Below are positions 9,794 to 21,043 of a stretch of 64,000 bases of DNA, piece after piece. The position numbers were made by a program, and so were the translations under genes. The notes beneath the pieces are model-generated. The model searched no databases. It saw nothing but the letters and a program-made list of their open reading frames with translations, and was not told where the DNA came from. This DNA comes from an uncultured Pirellulales bacterium. Lineage in GTDB: Bacteria > Planctomycetota > Phycisphaerae > Sedimentisphaerales > CAYZTY01. The stretch spans positions 234,990 to 298,989 of the forward strand of contig CAYUIE010000003.1 in NCBI GenBank assembly GCA_964444665.1, in the 5' to 3' direction. Position 1 is the stretch's first letter; each line of letters starts with the position of its first letter.

Positions 9794-11119
9794 ATGAAAA
9801 TATCGGTAATCGGGATTGGTTATGTTGGTCTGGTGGCTGCTGGTTGCCTTGCGGACGGCGGTAATCACATCATTTGTATCGACAAGGACAAAAAGCTAAT
9901 CGACAAGCTACAAAAAGGGACAATTCCGATTTATGAGCCGGGTCTGGCGGAAATTATAAAACACAATGAAGCGGCAGAACGATTAGTATTCACTACAGAC
10001 TTAAAGTACGGTATAGATAATTCGTCAGTAATCATACTGGCAGTAGGAACCCCATCGGCAGAAGACGGCTCGGCGGACATTTCGTCCGTGCTCAGTGTTG
10101 CGGACCAGATAGCAAAGTATATGAAGGAATACAAAATCATTGTAACTAAAAGTACCGTGCCGGTCGGGACTTACAAGAAGGTTTGTGAGCTAATTGCCGG
10201 CAAAACCAAGCAATCATTCGATTACGTAAGCAATCCTGAGTTTCTTAAAGAAGGTTCGGCAGTGGACGATTTTTTGAAACCTGACCGGGTTATAATCGGC
10301 ACGGAAAGCCCGAGGGCAATGGAGCTAATGAGGCAACTTTATGCACCATTTATGCGTAAAAGCAGCCGAATGATATTTATGGACCCTGCCTCAGCGGAGA
10401 TGACAAAGTATGCTGCTAATACGATGCTTGCAACGAAAATATCATTGATGAACGAACTGTCAGCATTGTGTGAAAAGCTCGGTGCGGACATCGAGAAAGT
10501 ACGAGTGGGAATAGGCAGTGATTCGCGAATAGGAAGCGCATTTCTTTTCCCCGGCATTGGATATGGGGGCAGCTGCTTTCCGAAAGACGTAAGAGCACTA
10601 ATTTACATGGGCCAAAAAAATGACTGTACTATGACGATACCGCAAGCGGTTCAAGCAGCAAATTATTTACAGCAGGACAGGTTTGCACAACGGATAATCG
10701 ATTATTTTGGCGGCCAGGCCGGGCAGAAAAGGCTTGGTGTATGGGGTCTGGCTTTCAAGGCCAGAACGGACGACGTTCGAGAATCCCCGGCGATACGGTG
10801 CATTGAGAAGCTACTGGAAGCGGGTATTAAAATAACGGCATACGACCCCGAAGCAATGCCGGCAGCAATTGAAAAGCTTGACAGAAGAATTGATACGGCA
10901 GACGAGGCGTACGCAGCACTGGAGGGAGCTGATGGATTAGTGATACTCACAGACTGGCAGGAATTCAGAGCACCGGACTTTGAGCTGATTTTATGTAAGC
11001 TTAAAAGGCCGGTTATCTTCGACGGACGGAATCTATACAACAAGCAGTACGTACAAAAGCAGGGCCTGGAATACTACAGCATTGGAAGAGCAATAGTTCA
11101 GGATAAAAGTAAAACGTAA
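9794..11119 (+). CDS. ugd: UDP-glucose 6-dehydrogenase
   Basis: GIGYVGL, IYEPGL, KSTVPVG, SNPEFLKEG, GYGGSCFPKD, GLAFKARTDDVRES. Confidence 0.96.
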   Translation: MKISVIGIGYVGLVAAGCLADGGNHIICIDKDKKLIDKLQKGTIPIYEPGLAEIIKHNEAAERLVFTTDLKYGIDNSSVIILAVGTPSAEDGSADISSVLSVADQIAKYMKEYKIIVTKSTVPVGTYKKVCELIAGKTKQSFDYVSNPEFLKEGSAVDDFLKPDRVIIGTESPRAMELMRQLYAPFMRKSSRMIFMDPASAEMTKYAANTMLATKISLMNELSALCEKLGADIEKVRVGIGSDSRIGSAFLFPGIGYGGSCFPKDVRALIYMGQKNDCTMTIPQAVQAANYLQQDRFAQRIIDYFGGQAGQKRLGVWGLAFKARTDDVRESPAIRCIEKLLEAGIKITAYDPEAMPAAIEKLDRRIDTADEAYAALEGADGLVILTDWQEFRAPDFELILCKLKRPVIFDGRNLYNKQYVQKQGLEYYSIGRAIVQDKSKT

Positions 11120-11127
11120 GGGCAACT

Positions 11128-12081
11128 TTGGAAATTCTGGTCACAGGAGCAGCGGGATTTATTGGCTCTCATCTGGCCGAGCGATTGACGGCGGAGGGAC
11201 ATATAGTCAGGGGTCTGGACTGCTTTACGGATTATTATCCAAAAACGCTTAAGGAATTAAACGTCCAGGATATTACAGATAAGGGCGTAAGGTTTCTCGA
11301 GCTTGATTTGGCAAGTGATGACCTGCAAGCCGCAATTGCAGACGTTGAAGTAGTTTATCATTCGGCGGCGCAGCCCGGGATTTCGGCCGAGACGCCGTTT
11401 GAGGTGTACGTTAGAAATAATATCACGGCCACTTACAGACTGCTGGAAAGTATCGTAAATTCAAAGACCCTCAAATGCTTAATCAACATCTCGACTTCAT
11501 CGGTCTACGGCGAGAAGGCAACAGGGACGGAAGATGCGCAGCCGAGGCCAAATTCCTATTACGGCGTTACCAAACTCGCAGCAGAACAATTAGTGATGGC
11601 TTACCACCGTCAGCGAGAAATGCCGGCCTGTTCACTCCGACTCTTTTCAGTTTATGGTGAAAGAGAAAGGCCTGAAAAACTTTACCCCAAACTCATAAGA
11701 AGCATTTTAGAAAACAGTCAATTCCCGCTGTATGAAGGAAGTGAAGAACACTGCCGGTCTTTTACATATATCAGTGACGTGGTAGATGGTCTGCTCGGTG
11801 TTCTGGGTAATCTTGAGAAATGCGTGGGTGAAATATTCAACATAGGCTCAGATAAAGAAATGACAACAGGCCAGGGAATAAGAATCGTGGAAGAGATAAT
11901 CGGAAAAAAGGCGAGAATGATTAAGGCACCAAAACGGCCGGGCGACCAATTAAGGACACGGGCAAACATCGAGAAAGCCCGAAAGTTTTTCGGCTATAAC
12001 CCAAAGACAATCCCGGAAGAAGGCCTTAGGGCTGAAGTTGAGTGGTATAAGAAAAGGATTCTCAACAAGATTGAATACTAA
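11128..12081 (+). CDS. NAD-dependent epimerase (UDP-glucuronate 4-epimerase-like)
   Basis: VTGAAGFIGS, STSSVYG, YGVTK, FSVYGERERP. Confidence 0.88.
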   Translation: MEILVTGAAGFIGSHLAERLTAEGHIVRGLDCFTDYYPKTLKELNVQDITDKGVRFLELDLASDDLQAAIADVEVVYHSAAQPGISAETPFEVYVRNNITATYRLLESIVNSKTLKCLINISTSSVYGEKATGTEDAQPRPNSYYGVTKLAAEQLVMAYHRQREMPACSLRLFSVYGERERPEKLYPKLIRSILENSQFPLYEGSEEHCRSFTYISDVVDGLLGVLGNLEKCVGEIFNIGSDKEMTTGQGIRIVEEIIGKKARMIKAPKRPGDQLRTRANIEKARKFFGYNPKTIPEEGLRAEVEWYKKRILNKIEY

Positions 12082-12100
12082 GGAAAGTTGCACATAGATA

Positions 12101-13225
12101 TTGCAGCCGCAAATCATGATAAAAGTTATATGCGTATGTGGTGCCAGGCCCAACTTTATGAAAATATCTCCTCTGATGAAGGTCTTCAAGGCAAACGGCA
12201 GGTTTGAGACACTGCTGGTTCACACCGGACAACACTACGATGAAAATATGAGCAAGTGGTTCTTCGATGACCTTGAGATTCCACGCCCTGATATAAATCT
12301 GGAGGTTGGTTCTGGTAGTCACGCGGCTCAGACAGCGGATATTATGAAGCGGTTCGAGCCGGTCGTTTTGGAATATAAGCCGGATTATGTCCTGGTCGTA
12401 GGAGATGTAAACAGCACTATTGCCTGCGGTCTGGTCGCAGTGAAACTGGGAGTGAAATTGATACATGTGGAGGCGGGTCTTCGAAGCTTTGACCAGAGTA
12501 TGCCGGAAGAGATTAACCGCATACTTACCGACCGGATAAGCAACTTGCTGTTCGTAACGGAACAATCAGGCATCAATAATCTAAAAAATGAGGGGATAGA
12601 CCAGCACAGGATCCATCTTGTAGGCAATGTGATGATAGACACACTGCTTGCGAACCGCGAAAAGGCAAAGAAGTCGACTATTCTACATAAGCTGAAACTA
12701 TCCGCCAAACAATACGGCGTCATTACACTTCACAGGCCGAGTAACGTTGACGATCCAAAGCAGTTCGAGATAATATTGCGGGCATTCGACGAGATTCAAC
12801 AGGATTTAAAACTTGTTTTTCCAATTCATCCGCGTTCACACAAGAACATTAACAGCCCTAATCTGCAGAAGCTCGTTGAAAAAATGGCGAACCTGTTGCT
12901 TATTGAGCCCGTAAGTTACCTCGACTTTTTATGTTTGATGAGCCAGGCCGCTTTGATGATAACGGATTCAGGGGGGATACAGGAGGAAACAACAATTTTA
13001 GGTATTCCCTGCTTAACACTTCGTAAAAGTACCGAACGGCCGATAACAATTGAGCAGGGTACAAACCGGCTTGTGCCATTAACAACCGAGGGCATCGTCA
13101 ACAGCTTTCGGGCAATTATCGCTGAAGACAAAGACAATATTTGCAAGATTCCGGAGCTATGGGACGGCAAGGCGGCAGAAAGAATCGTCAAAATCATCGG
13201 ATACCACCACAATAAGGCAGGATAG
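12101..13225 (+). CDS. wecB: UDP-N-acetylglucosamine 2-epimerase (non-hydrolysing)
   Basis: GARPNFMK, HTGQHYD, GDVNST, HVEAGLRS, TDSGGIQEE; true start probably the MIKV ATG a few codons in. Confidence 0.95.
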   Translation: MQPQIMIKVICVCGARPNFMKISPLMKVFKANGRFETLLVHTGQHYDENMSKWFFDDLEIPRPDINLEVGSGSHAAQTADIMKRFEPVVLEYKPDYVLVVGDVNSTIACGLVAVKLGVKLIHVEAGLRSFDQSMPEEINRILTDRISNLLFVTEQSGINNLKNEGIDQHRIHLVGNVMIDTLLANREKAKKSTILHKLKLSAKQYGVITLHRPSNVDDPKQFEIILRAFDEIQQDLKLVFPIHPRSHKNINSPNLQKLVEKMANLLLIEPVSYLDFLCLMSQAALMITDSGGIQEETTILGIPCLTLRKSTERPITIEQGTNRLVPLTTEGIVNSFRAIIAEDKDNICKIPELWDGKAAERIVKIIGYHHNKAG

Positions 13226-13265
13226 AAGACATAGAAAAAACCTGCATTACCTGCGAGAGTAGATT

Positions 13266-15674
13266 ATGCCGAGATGGTATTTCATTCTTTTAGTGCTTCT
13301 GTCAGTTAATCATTTTGAATCGGTTTTAATCGCCGATAACGTCGCGCTACGCAAACGTTATACTCTTTCGCCAACGCCAAACTATCCACACTGTACTGAC
13401 CCGGACGATAAAGTGCAGCTAACCGACGGTAAAACTCATAGTTGTAAATGGTTAAAAAAGAGTACAGTAGGCTGGATGAAAGCGTCTCCAACGGTTGATA
13501 TAGTTGTGGACCTCGGTGAGAAGTTAGCCGTATATGAAGTTCGGATTCATACCGTGGGTGGAGGTTTTGCCGGTGTATATTTTCCCAGATATCTTGCCGT
13601 GCTGATAAGTGATGACGGCAGAGAATTTCACCTTTGTGGGATTGAAAGCGATAAGAAATTAACAAATTTGCAAAATACTCGCAAATCGGCACGCCCCGCC
13701 GTGATGAATGTCAAGGATATAAACGCGGCAGGTAGATACGTCAAACTTGTGATGAGGCCGAATGTGCGTTTTCTATTCCTTGACGAGATAGAAGTAATTG
13801 GGGAACCACTTGCAACCAGTAAAAAATTAACACCGACAAATAAGCTTTATAAACCCAAGACGATAGAAGAACTCCTCGGAAAGATTGAATCTATAGTGCA
13901 GCTCAGGGAAGCAATCAGTGAAACAACCGAAAGTATAAAGGGAAATAATGTTAAGCTTAAACTTCCGTCCTCATTAAGTGCAAAACTATTAAATGAAACC
14001 GAGCGTATTTCAGATGCTGCTACAATTGAGATAAAAGAAGTACTTCAAAAGGACAATCTGGATAATACCAGGAACAAGTTAGGTATAATACGTTCAGGAA
14101 TATACCGGCAATATTATAAAAAGCCTTTCGTTTGTCTGCCTGCCAATCCAATGGAAATTCTTTATGAGAAAGAGATGATTTTCAATGAGAGCCCCGCCAA
14201 AATAGATCTAAATTTATGGCAAGGCGAGTATGAATCTGCCGCCTTCAATATCATAAACTGCTGCGATGAGCCTCTTGAAATAACTGTTTCCATATCTCCG
14301 TTAACAGGTCCAAGGGGGCAAACGATAGCCAGTAACAACGTTTTCACAATCAGAAGAGCGATATACGTCCAGGCAAACAAGGCCGGTTCGATTGGTGACG
14401 CTCTTATTCTACAAAACGAAAAACCTTTTACAATTGCTCCCGGCCAATTAACTCAGATATGGCTTAGCTTTTTTAATCCCACATTAAAAGCCGGCGAGTA
14501 TAAGGGCAAGATTGCAGTTTTGGCGACGAGAGCCAACGGTCAAACGTTACCAATAGAAACTGTTGAGGTCCTTGCTCATATCAGCGAGAATAAATTTCCC
14601 GAAAAAATAGCACTTAACGTATGTAATTGGGCATATTATCGTGCTGGAACTGAAGCCGAAACAGCTCAAGACCTTAATAATCATTACACAAATGTATGTG
14701 TCTTCGGTTCAGGGGATATACCTTTTCCAAGACTGACATCCGACCGGCCGGGAATTTTCAGGAAACCTGATTATTCAAAAATAGATAAAATCCTGGCACG
14801 CCATAAATATGCCAGAACACATTTTCTATTTCTGAATTTCAGAGAAGACAAAAAAGACTGGGGCAGGTTCGGTAAATGGATGACACAGGAATGGAAAACA
14901 AGGTTTTCTTTATGGCTTTGGAACCTGGTAAATTATCTAAAAAAATCCGGCCTTAGTTATGAGCAGTGGGCCTTGCATCCATTCGATGAAACTTTGTGTG
15001 ACGAGTTTTATGATTTAGCCAAACTCGTAAAAAAAATTGACCCGAACATCAGAATTTATGCAAATTCTTTTGGCAAGAATGAAAAGCAGATAAAGAGATT
15101 CCGCAATTTAGTTGACATTTGGTGTCCGCTGGACAACCACTGCAAGATGCATCCTGACAAGCTGAAACTCGTAAAGAGCTTTGGCAAGGAAGTCTGGACA
15201 TATGCAGCTCGTGGACCCGGCAAAGCTAATGACCCGTACCAATACTATCGTCTTCAACCGTGGCGAGCTTTTAAGCGAGGACAGAACGGCGTCGGATTCT
15301 GGGTTTATCACGACGGAGGAAAATGGAAGAATATTGCGACACCCTGGGACGATACTACTATGGCAATGGGGCACTATGGAGTTATTTATGGCGGGGCCAG
15401 AAGCCCTCTGGGAAAACTCGCTGAAAATATCATTCCTTCAAGGAGATGGGAGGCCTGGCGAGAAGGTATCGAAGATTATCAATACCTGTGCGAAGTGCAA
15501 CGTGAAATCACTGAGACTAAAAAAACTGCTCCTATAAAATCGGCTAAAGCACAGCAGCAACTGGACAGTCAAATCGACCAGGTGCTGCGTAATCCGAAAG
15601 ATAAAGACGCAGTGTATAAAACCAGAAGGAATTTATCAGAATTACTGCTGTCCCTAAAAAACAAGACAGATTAA
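13266..15674 (+). CDS. Secreted protein, discoidin-like N-terminus plus DUF4091/GH123-like C-terminus
   Basis: Signal peptide; LTDG..VDLG..GRYVKL..FLDEIEV discoidin pattern; SRRWEAWREGIEDYQYL motif. Confidence 0.65.
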   Translation: MPRWYFILLVLLSVNHFESVLIADNVALRKRYTLSPTPNYPHCTDPDDKVQLTDGKTHSCKWLKKSTVGWMKASPTVDIVVDLGEKLAVYEVRIHTVGGGFAGVYFPRYLAVLISDDGREFHLCGIESDKKLTNLQNTRKSARPAVMNVKDINAAGRYVKLVMRPNVRFLFLDEIEVIGEPLATSKKLTPTNKLYKPKTIEELLGKIESIVQLREAISETTESIKGNNVKLKLPSSLSAKLLNETERISDAATIEIKEVLQKDNLDNTRNKLGIIRSGIYRQYYKKPFVCLPANPMEILYEKEMIFNESPAKIDLNLWQGEYESAAFNIINCCDEPLEITVSISPLTGPRGQTIASNNVFTIRRAIYVQANKAGSIGDALILQNEKPFTIAPGQLTQIWLSFFNPTLKAGEYKGKIAVLATRANGQTLPIETVEVLAHISENKFPEKIALNVCNWAYYRAGTEAETAQDLNNHYTNVCVFGSGDIPFPRLTSDRPGIFRKPDYSKIDKILARHKYARTHFLFLNFREDKKDWGRFGKWMTQEWKTRFSLWLWNLVNYLKKSGLSYEQWALHPFDETLCDEFYDLAKLVKKIDPNIRIYANSFGKNEKQIKRFRNLVDIWCPLDNHCKMHPDKLKLVKSFGKEVWTYAARGPGKANDPYQYYRLQPWRAFKRGQNGVGFWVYHDGGKWKNIATPWDDTTMAMGHYGVIYGGARSPLGKLAENIIPSRRWEAWREGIEDYQYLCEVQREITETKKTAPIKSAKAQQQLDSQIDQVLRNPKDKDAVYKTRRNLSELLLSLKNKTD

Positions 15675-15705
15675 AATTTAAGTACAGGCTCGACGAACGT
15701 TTCTA

Positions 15706-15734
15706 TTGACAAAAAGGAAGTTATCTGGTATCAT
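15706..15734 (+). promoter_or_regulatory. Sigma70-type promoter
   Basis: TTGACA-17 nt-TATCAT upstream of ORF 15846. Confidence 0.6.
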
Positions 15735-15845
15735 CAATTTTCAAAGAGTAGGCAGGGAACGGATAAAAGTAATGAACCTATACTCCACCCGTGTTTGAGT
15801 GGGTCCCATAACTGATATTCAGACAAATTAAAATCAAGAGGACGG

Positions 15846-17855
15846 ATGATGAAAAGAGAATCTATATCAATTGCCGCAATAATTGTAATTTTATTCCTGC
15901 TTGTCGAGACCGCTAATGCCGCTTTAAATTATTACGTAGACCCCAACCAACCTGACGACACCGGTGACGGGCTTTCACCGTTAACCGCAAAAAAGACAAT
16001 TGATGCAGCATACGAAGCAGCAGTCGCTGCAGGAGAAGACAACATAATTAACTTTATGCCTGGTGTTTACGACGATACAACGCAGGGGACAAATTTTAAT
16101 ATTCTATTAGATAAAGATACTGCCGTTACATTTCAGTCATATACATCTCAAGTTACATTAACAACTAATGATAGCCCTGGATGCGTCAAAGCCACTCAGA
16201 CTACATCAACAAAACAGATAAGTTTCAAAAATATAAAGTTTACCAAAGGAGAGTTGGGCAATAGATTTATTTATATAGCGAATGATTGCGTGTATCATTT
16301 GTACTTTGAAGATTGTGAATTTGACGCAATAGTAGATAAACCTCTGATATTAACAGGTACAGATACTTCTAAGTTAAGAAAGCTTTCCTTTATTAATTGT
16401 ACGCACACCTGTTCAGCATCATCAGACATAAGGATAGATGGCGCCAGACTTCTATATATTAAAAATTGTGCGTTTACTAACAACTATACATCATACGGAT
16501 ATGGAATATTTGATTTGCGGGGAGTTATCTATGCAGTAGTTCTTAAAGATAGTACACTGCAGTCCGCCGAGGGCGTGTTTTATCCCTCTCATAGCAGCTT
16601 GAACCGTATCGAGCAGTTGCATATTGAGAGCAATAATATCATATTGGCGTCAATTGCAGCAGGGCCGTTTTATGGAGTGAAGACACGTGATTCTATTTTT
16701 CGCTCTATTGTAATTAAGGATAATACTTTTAGTTCGCCGAATCCCACGCATAGACCATTCTTCATAGTAATCGGAGGTGAAAATTTTACAAATGGACACC
16801 TATATACAATTATAGGCAACAGTTTTATTACCGGTAATTTGGGCCAAGGCGTGGGAATAAGGACAGGAAATGGATGTGTGGGAACAATTTCTCACAATTA
16901 CTTCGAGAATCTAAGATGGGGCACTTTCACTTATGACACATGTTTGATTACAAATAATATCATATCCAGCTGTGTCAACGGATCATTTGTTCAAGGACAT
17001 CAATCTTTTATAATCAATAATACTTATATTTCAAAGGACCATTCTATCAATGATAGTAGAGCCATCCTTCTCAATCGAAGGACCTTTATGAGTCAGTCCA
17101 ACAGCACAATATTTACAGCGACAACAGCGACATTTGGAGACAGCCCTATTTTGACAAACTCTATGGTGGGAATGTTAGTACCTGTATCTGATAACTGGGG
17201 TGGAGACTTTGAGTACTATGGAGTAATAAATGCCATCAATGATGATACTGATACTGTTACTGTTGACGAATGGCGTAAAATAAGTGATGATAGCATTGAA
17301 ACACCCGGAGATACGAGTTATGCTACAATAGTGCAGTTCCCTCGTAACGTAACAATTTTCAACAACATCTTCGATGCTTTCGACGCCCTTTTTACCATCA
17401 CATTCGATTACTCTCCGATTGCAGCAGGCATTGTTTGTGACTACAACTTATACGTCCCTGGAATAGTAATGTTATCAAATCTTGGGAAAAACCTGGGAGG
17501 CAAAATTAGTGTAACTACGCTGGCAGGTTTGCAAACGAGATGGACCGAATTTGCAGATAGCTACCCATGCTTTACGATTAATGATACCCATAGTATTGAA
17601 GCAGACCCAATGTTTATAGACCCAAATGTCGGTGATTTCAGATTAGACACGAATTCTCCTTGTATCAATGAGGGTATTCCGACGGTCTTAGATGGCTACA
17701 CAACAATTGGTGCGTGGCAGGGAGCAGTTCGCAAGACGTTGCCGCCGGATAATTGCAGCAACTGGATAGAAGAAGACCTGAGCGGTGATTGTATAGTCGA
17801 TTTAGCTGACTTTGCGATATTCGCGGACCATTGGCTCGAAGATAACAGCGAATAA
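15846..17855 (+). CDS. Secreted parallel beta-helix (pectin lyase-like) protein with C-terminal dockerin-like motif
   Basis: Signal peptide; YYVD..GDD.GDG.S..A.KTI start; Asn/Ile-rich repeats; GDFRLDTNSPCINEG; C-terminal DLSGDCIVDLADFAIFADHWLE. Confidence 0.72.
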   Translation: MMKRESISIAAIIVILFLLVETANAALNYYVDPNQPDDTGDGLSPLTAKKTIDAAYEAAVAAGEDNIINFMPGVYDDTTQGTNFNILLDKDTAVTFQSYTSQVTLTTNDSPGCVKATQTTSTKQISFKNIKFTKGELGNRFIYIANDCVYHLYFEDCEFDAIVDKPLILTGTDTSKLRKLSFINCTHTCSASSDIRIDGARLLYIKNCAFTNNYTSYGYGIFDLRGVIYAVVLKDSTLQSAEGVFYPSHSSLNRIEQLHIESNNIILASIAAGPFYGVKTRDSIFRSIVIKDNTFSSPNPTHRPFFIVIGGENFTNGHLYTIIGNSFITGNLGQGVGIRTGNGCVGTISHNYFENLRWGTFTYDTCLITNNIISSCVNGSFVQGHQSFIINNTYISKDHSINDSRAILLNRRTFMSQSNSTIFTATTATFGDSPILTNSMVGMLVPVSDNWGGDFEYYGVINAINDDTDTVTVDEWRKISDDSIETPGDTSYATIVQFPRNVTIFNNIFDAFDALFTITFDYSPIAAGIVCDYNLYVPGIVMLSNLGKNLGGKISVTTLAGLQTRWTEFADSYPCFTINDTHSIEADPMFIDPNVGDFRLDTNSPCINEGIPTVLDGYTTIGAWQGAVRKTLPPDNCSNWIEEDLSGDCIVDLADFAIFADHWLEDNSE

Positions 17856-18038
17856 ATACAGATTTTAGTATTATTTTCACTCTACATATCCTCATCATTT
17901 GCAGGTTAATTGTGCAGATACCCAGTTTGGCATACTTGTGATATCCCTATAAAACCGGTTAAAAATTTAATATTGACCTTAAAAACAATTGCCGGGATTT
18001 TCCCTTAGATTTAAAACCGGTCCGCCAAAAAGAAACAA

Positions 18039-19478
18039 ATGAATATGAGTCATTTATTTAATACCATAAGAGAGTTTTGGCTTAAGAATAAAGCTCTAAT
18101 TCTAATTATTATCCTCTCATTGCTTATACGGACGGCGTTTTTTTGCCAAAGACAATCCTGGAAACAAGAAGTTGTAGAGCACAAGATTATACACGGCGAC
18201 GCAATTCAGTACCATGAACGTTCTTTGCGTATTCTCGAAACCGGCTCACTTTCCTGGTTTCCGTCCGTCAGAACTCCAGGATACAATCTATTTATCGTTC
18301 CTTTCTATTACCTCTTTGGGGCAAGGATTTGGGTCGTTCTGTTAGCCCAAAACCTGCTTGACGTCGGTATCACGATAATGACCTTTTTTCTCGCAAGAAT
18401 GCTTTTTAAATCGAAACTTGTCTCACTGGTAGCAGCATTTCTCTATGCAGTAAACTGGTTGACGCCTCTTTATGCCAACACCCTTCTTAGTGAAATCCCA
18501 TATACATTTATTTTTACGCTAAGTATGATAATTTTTGTGTATGCTCTGCAGCAAGATAAACCTTCTTATACAAATATAATATTATCGAGTTTTCTACTTG
18601 GCGTGGCGACGTTCATACGGCCTCTATTCCAATATTTCATTGCGATTTTTATGTTTTTATTGTTACTTCAGAAACAACAGTTATCTCGTAAGTTGGTTAG
18701 TGTCGCTGTAGTATTTCTGGTATTTGCCGCAGTTCTAATGCCCTGGCAATTGTATAATCTGACTCGGTTTGGGAAATACTCCCTGACCACTACCTTCAAT
18801 GGGACCTTATGTTATTGGATTGCGCCAAGACTGAAGGCAAATGTAGAGAATATAAGCTATGAACAGGCCAGATTAGAGTTCTTAGTTGCTAGCGCAGGAA
18901 AGGAAACAACTATTGCAGAGCAAAAAGAAATATGGGAACAAGCACCTATCGAATTATGGAGCCAGGAAAGAACTGAATTGGCCGGTAAAATAGCAAAAGA
19001 GTATATTTCAAAACATCCCAAGAAGTTTATCGCTCTGCATTTAAGGGGTATGATTGTTTATTTTATGGGGGTAGGTGAAGGTGGAATGAGAGAGCTATTT
19101 GGATTGCGCAAAATACAGGCCGATTCTAAATCATCACTTAGTATTTTAGGCAGACTGCGTAAGTTATTCCGTGATTCTCGTGATGAGTATTTTCTGATTC
19201 CAATACTGCTGCTGATACTGATGATAGAATATGTATTTATGATTATCGGTGCGGTTATAATGTGGGTCAGAAAACTCCAACGCCCTTATCTTGTGCTATT
19301 TATACTAAGCGCCCTCTATTCTCCTTCGATAATAGGTAGTAATTGTGTTGCCAGATATCGAGTGCCTATAGTTGCGCTCTATCTTGTACTCACCGCATTT
19401 GGCATAGTTGAATCTCTTGGCTTTCTAAAAAAAAAGCTTTTCAGCTCACCTGTAATTGCGCACGAGTCAGGTAAATAA
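18039..19478 (+). CDS. GT-C fold membrane glycosyltransferase (ArnT/PMT, GT39-like)
   Basis: GDAIQY, RTPGY, LLSE, TFIRP, ARYRVP motifs; many TM helices. Confidence 0.8.
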   Translation: MNMSHLFNTIREFWLKNKALILIIILSLLIRTAFFCQRQSWKQEVVEHKIIHGDAIQYHERSLRILETGSLSWFPSVRTPGYNLFIVPFYYLFGARIWVVLLAQNLLDVGITIMTFFLARMLFKSKLVSLVAAFLYAVNWLTPLYANTLLSEIPYTFIFTLSMIIFVYALQQDKPSYTNIILSSFLLGVATFIRPLFQYFIAIFMFLLLLQKQQLSRKLVSVAVVFLVFAAVLMPWQLYNLTRFGKYSLTTTFNGTLCYWIAPRLKANVENISYEQARLEFLVASAGKETTIAEQKEIWEQAPIELWSQERTELAGKIAKEYISKHPKKFIALHLRGMIVYFMGVGEGGMRELFGLRKIQADSKSSLSILGRLRKLFRDSRDEYFLIPILLLILMIEYVFMIIGAVIMWVRKLQRPYLVLFILSALYSPSIIGSNCVARYRVPIVALYLVLTAFGIVESLGFLKKKLFSSPVIAHESGK

Positions 19479-19686
19479 GACAGGTAAAAGTAATCTGAAA
19501 GACCAAAACGTTCTATACTTTTTACGAAAGTGAACAATAATTAAATCCAATTCCAATCAAGTACTACGTTTGTGAATTTTGTAGCTGGACTAATTCCGGC
19601 CACCTTCATATTATCTTGACAGCATATGCATACCCACATACAGTAAACGAAGTGCATCATTAAGAATCAACAGCCGGGAGAAAAAT

Positions 19687-20850
19687 GTGAAACTCGGTTA
19701 TGTAACTGTTTTTGACCCTAATAATATTAAGTACCACTCAGGAACACCTTATTACATGGCGAAAGCACTTCAGGCTCAATCCATATCACTTGAGTATCTT
19801 GGTCCCTTGAAAGAAAACTTTTCACTGCTGTTTAAGGCAAAACAGTACCTGCACAACCATTTGTTTAGTAAAAGGTATAGAAGAGACAGAGAGCCTTTGA
19901 TTCTTAAGGGCTATGCGTATCAAGTTTCCAAAAAATTATCTGGTACCGACATAGACGTAGTATTCAGCCCAAGTTCACTTCCAATCGCTTACCTTGAGTG
20001 CAACAAGCCTATTGTTTTCTGGAGAGATGCGACGTTCAGTGGATTAAAGGACTTTTATGTTGATTGCAGTAATTTATGTGAACAAACAATCAGAGCCGGA
20101 CATGCGCACGAGCAGGCTGCCTTAAATAAATGCAGATTGGCTATCTATTCATCTGAATGGGCTGCTAAGATGGCTATCAATGATTATCAAGTCGACCCTT
20201 CGAAAGTAAAAGTCGTCCCCTTCGGAGCAAACATAGAGTGTAATAGAACTGTTGATGACATCAAAAAAATAGTCGACGCAAGGCCTATAGACAAATGCAA
20301 GTTGCTGTTTCTTGGCGTATATTGGACCAGAAAAGGCGGAGACGTTGCCCTCAAAGTGACGAAAGAATTAAATAAATTAGGATTAGATACGGAACTAACA
20401 GTAATCGGATGCCAACCACCTATAAAAGAAACCTTACCCGGTTTTGTTAAACCTTTAGGCTTCATAAGCAAATCCACCACACAAGGAAGAGAACAACTTG
20501 ACAGAATAATTGCCGAATCTCACTTTTTGATTTTGCCTGTACAGGCGGAGTGTTATGGTGTAGTCTTCTGTGAAGCCAACTCTTTCGGTGTCCCCTGCTT
20601 AACATCTAATGTCGGCGGCATCCCTACAATAATCAAAAGGGATGTAAATGGGAAGCTATTTAGTAAACAAGCCAATACTGACGAATACTGCCAGTATATT
20701 TGTAACTTATTTGATAAATACTCGGAATATAAGGAACTGGCTTTATCTTCATTTAACGAATATCAAACCCGTCTTAACTGGACGGTAGCTGGACAAAGCG
20801 TCAAGAAATTATTGACAGAAGTTATTGGTCCCAAAGCCTCCTACAAATGA
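19687..20850 (+). CDS. Glycosyltransferase family 4
   Basis: KGGD, ECYGVVFCEANSFGVP, GGIPTII. Confidence 0.9.
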   Translation: MKLGYVTVFDPNNIKYHSGTPYYMAKALQAQSISLEYLGPLKENFSLLFKAKQYLHNHLFSKRYRRDREPLILKGYAYQVSKKLSGTDIDVVFSPSSLPIAYLECNKPIVFWRDATFSGLKDFYVDCSNLCEQTIRAGHAHEQAALNKCRLAIYSSEWAAKMAINDYQVDPSKVKVVPFGANIECNRTVDDIKKIVDARPIDKCKLLFLGVYWTRKGGDVALKVTKELNKLGLDTELTVIGCQPPIKETLPGFVKPLGFISKSTTQGREQLDRIIAESHFLILPVQAECYGVVFCEANSFGVPCLTSNVGGIPTIIKRDVNGKLFSKQANTDEYCQYICNLFDKYSEYKELALSSFNEYQTRLNWTVAGQSVKKLLTEVIGPKASYK

Positions 20851-21043
20851 TGAAAACCAACGTAGCAAGGGGCTCTTCAGCCGTAAATTTGAATTCCACT
20901 TATTCAGTCGTATAGCTCTCAAATGATGATGTTAAGCTCCATAAGCTAAGGTGGGATTAATTAAATAGACTTGAATTATAGGCTATCTATCACGCAATTT
21001 TGCAGCAATGCGAATCAAAAAAAACTAAGTATAGTTTGAAAGT

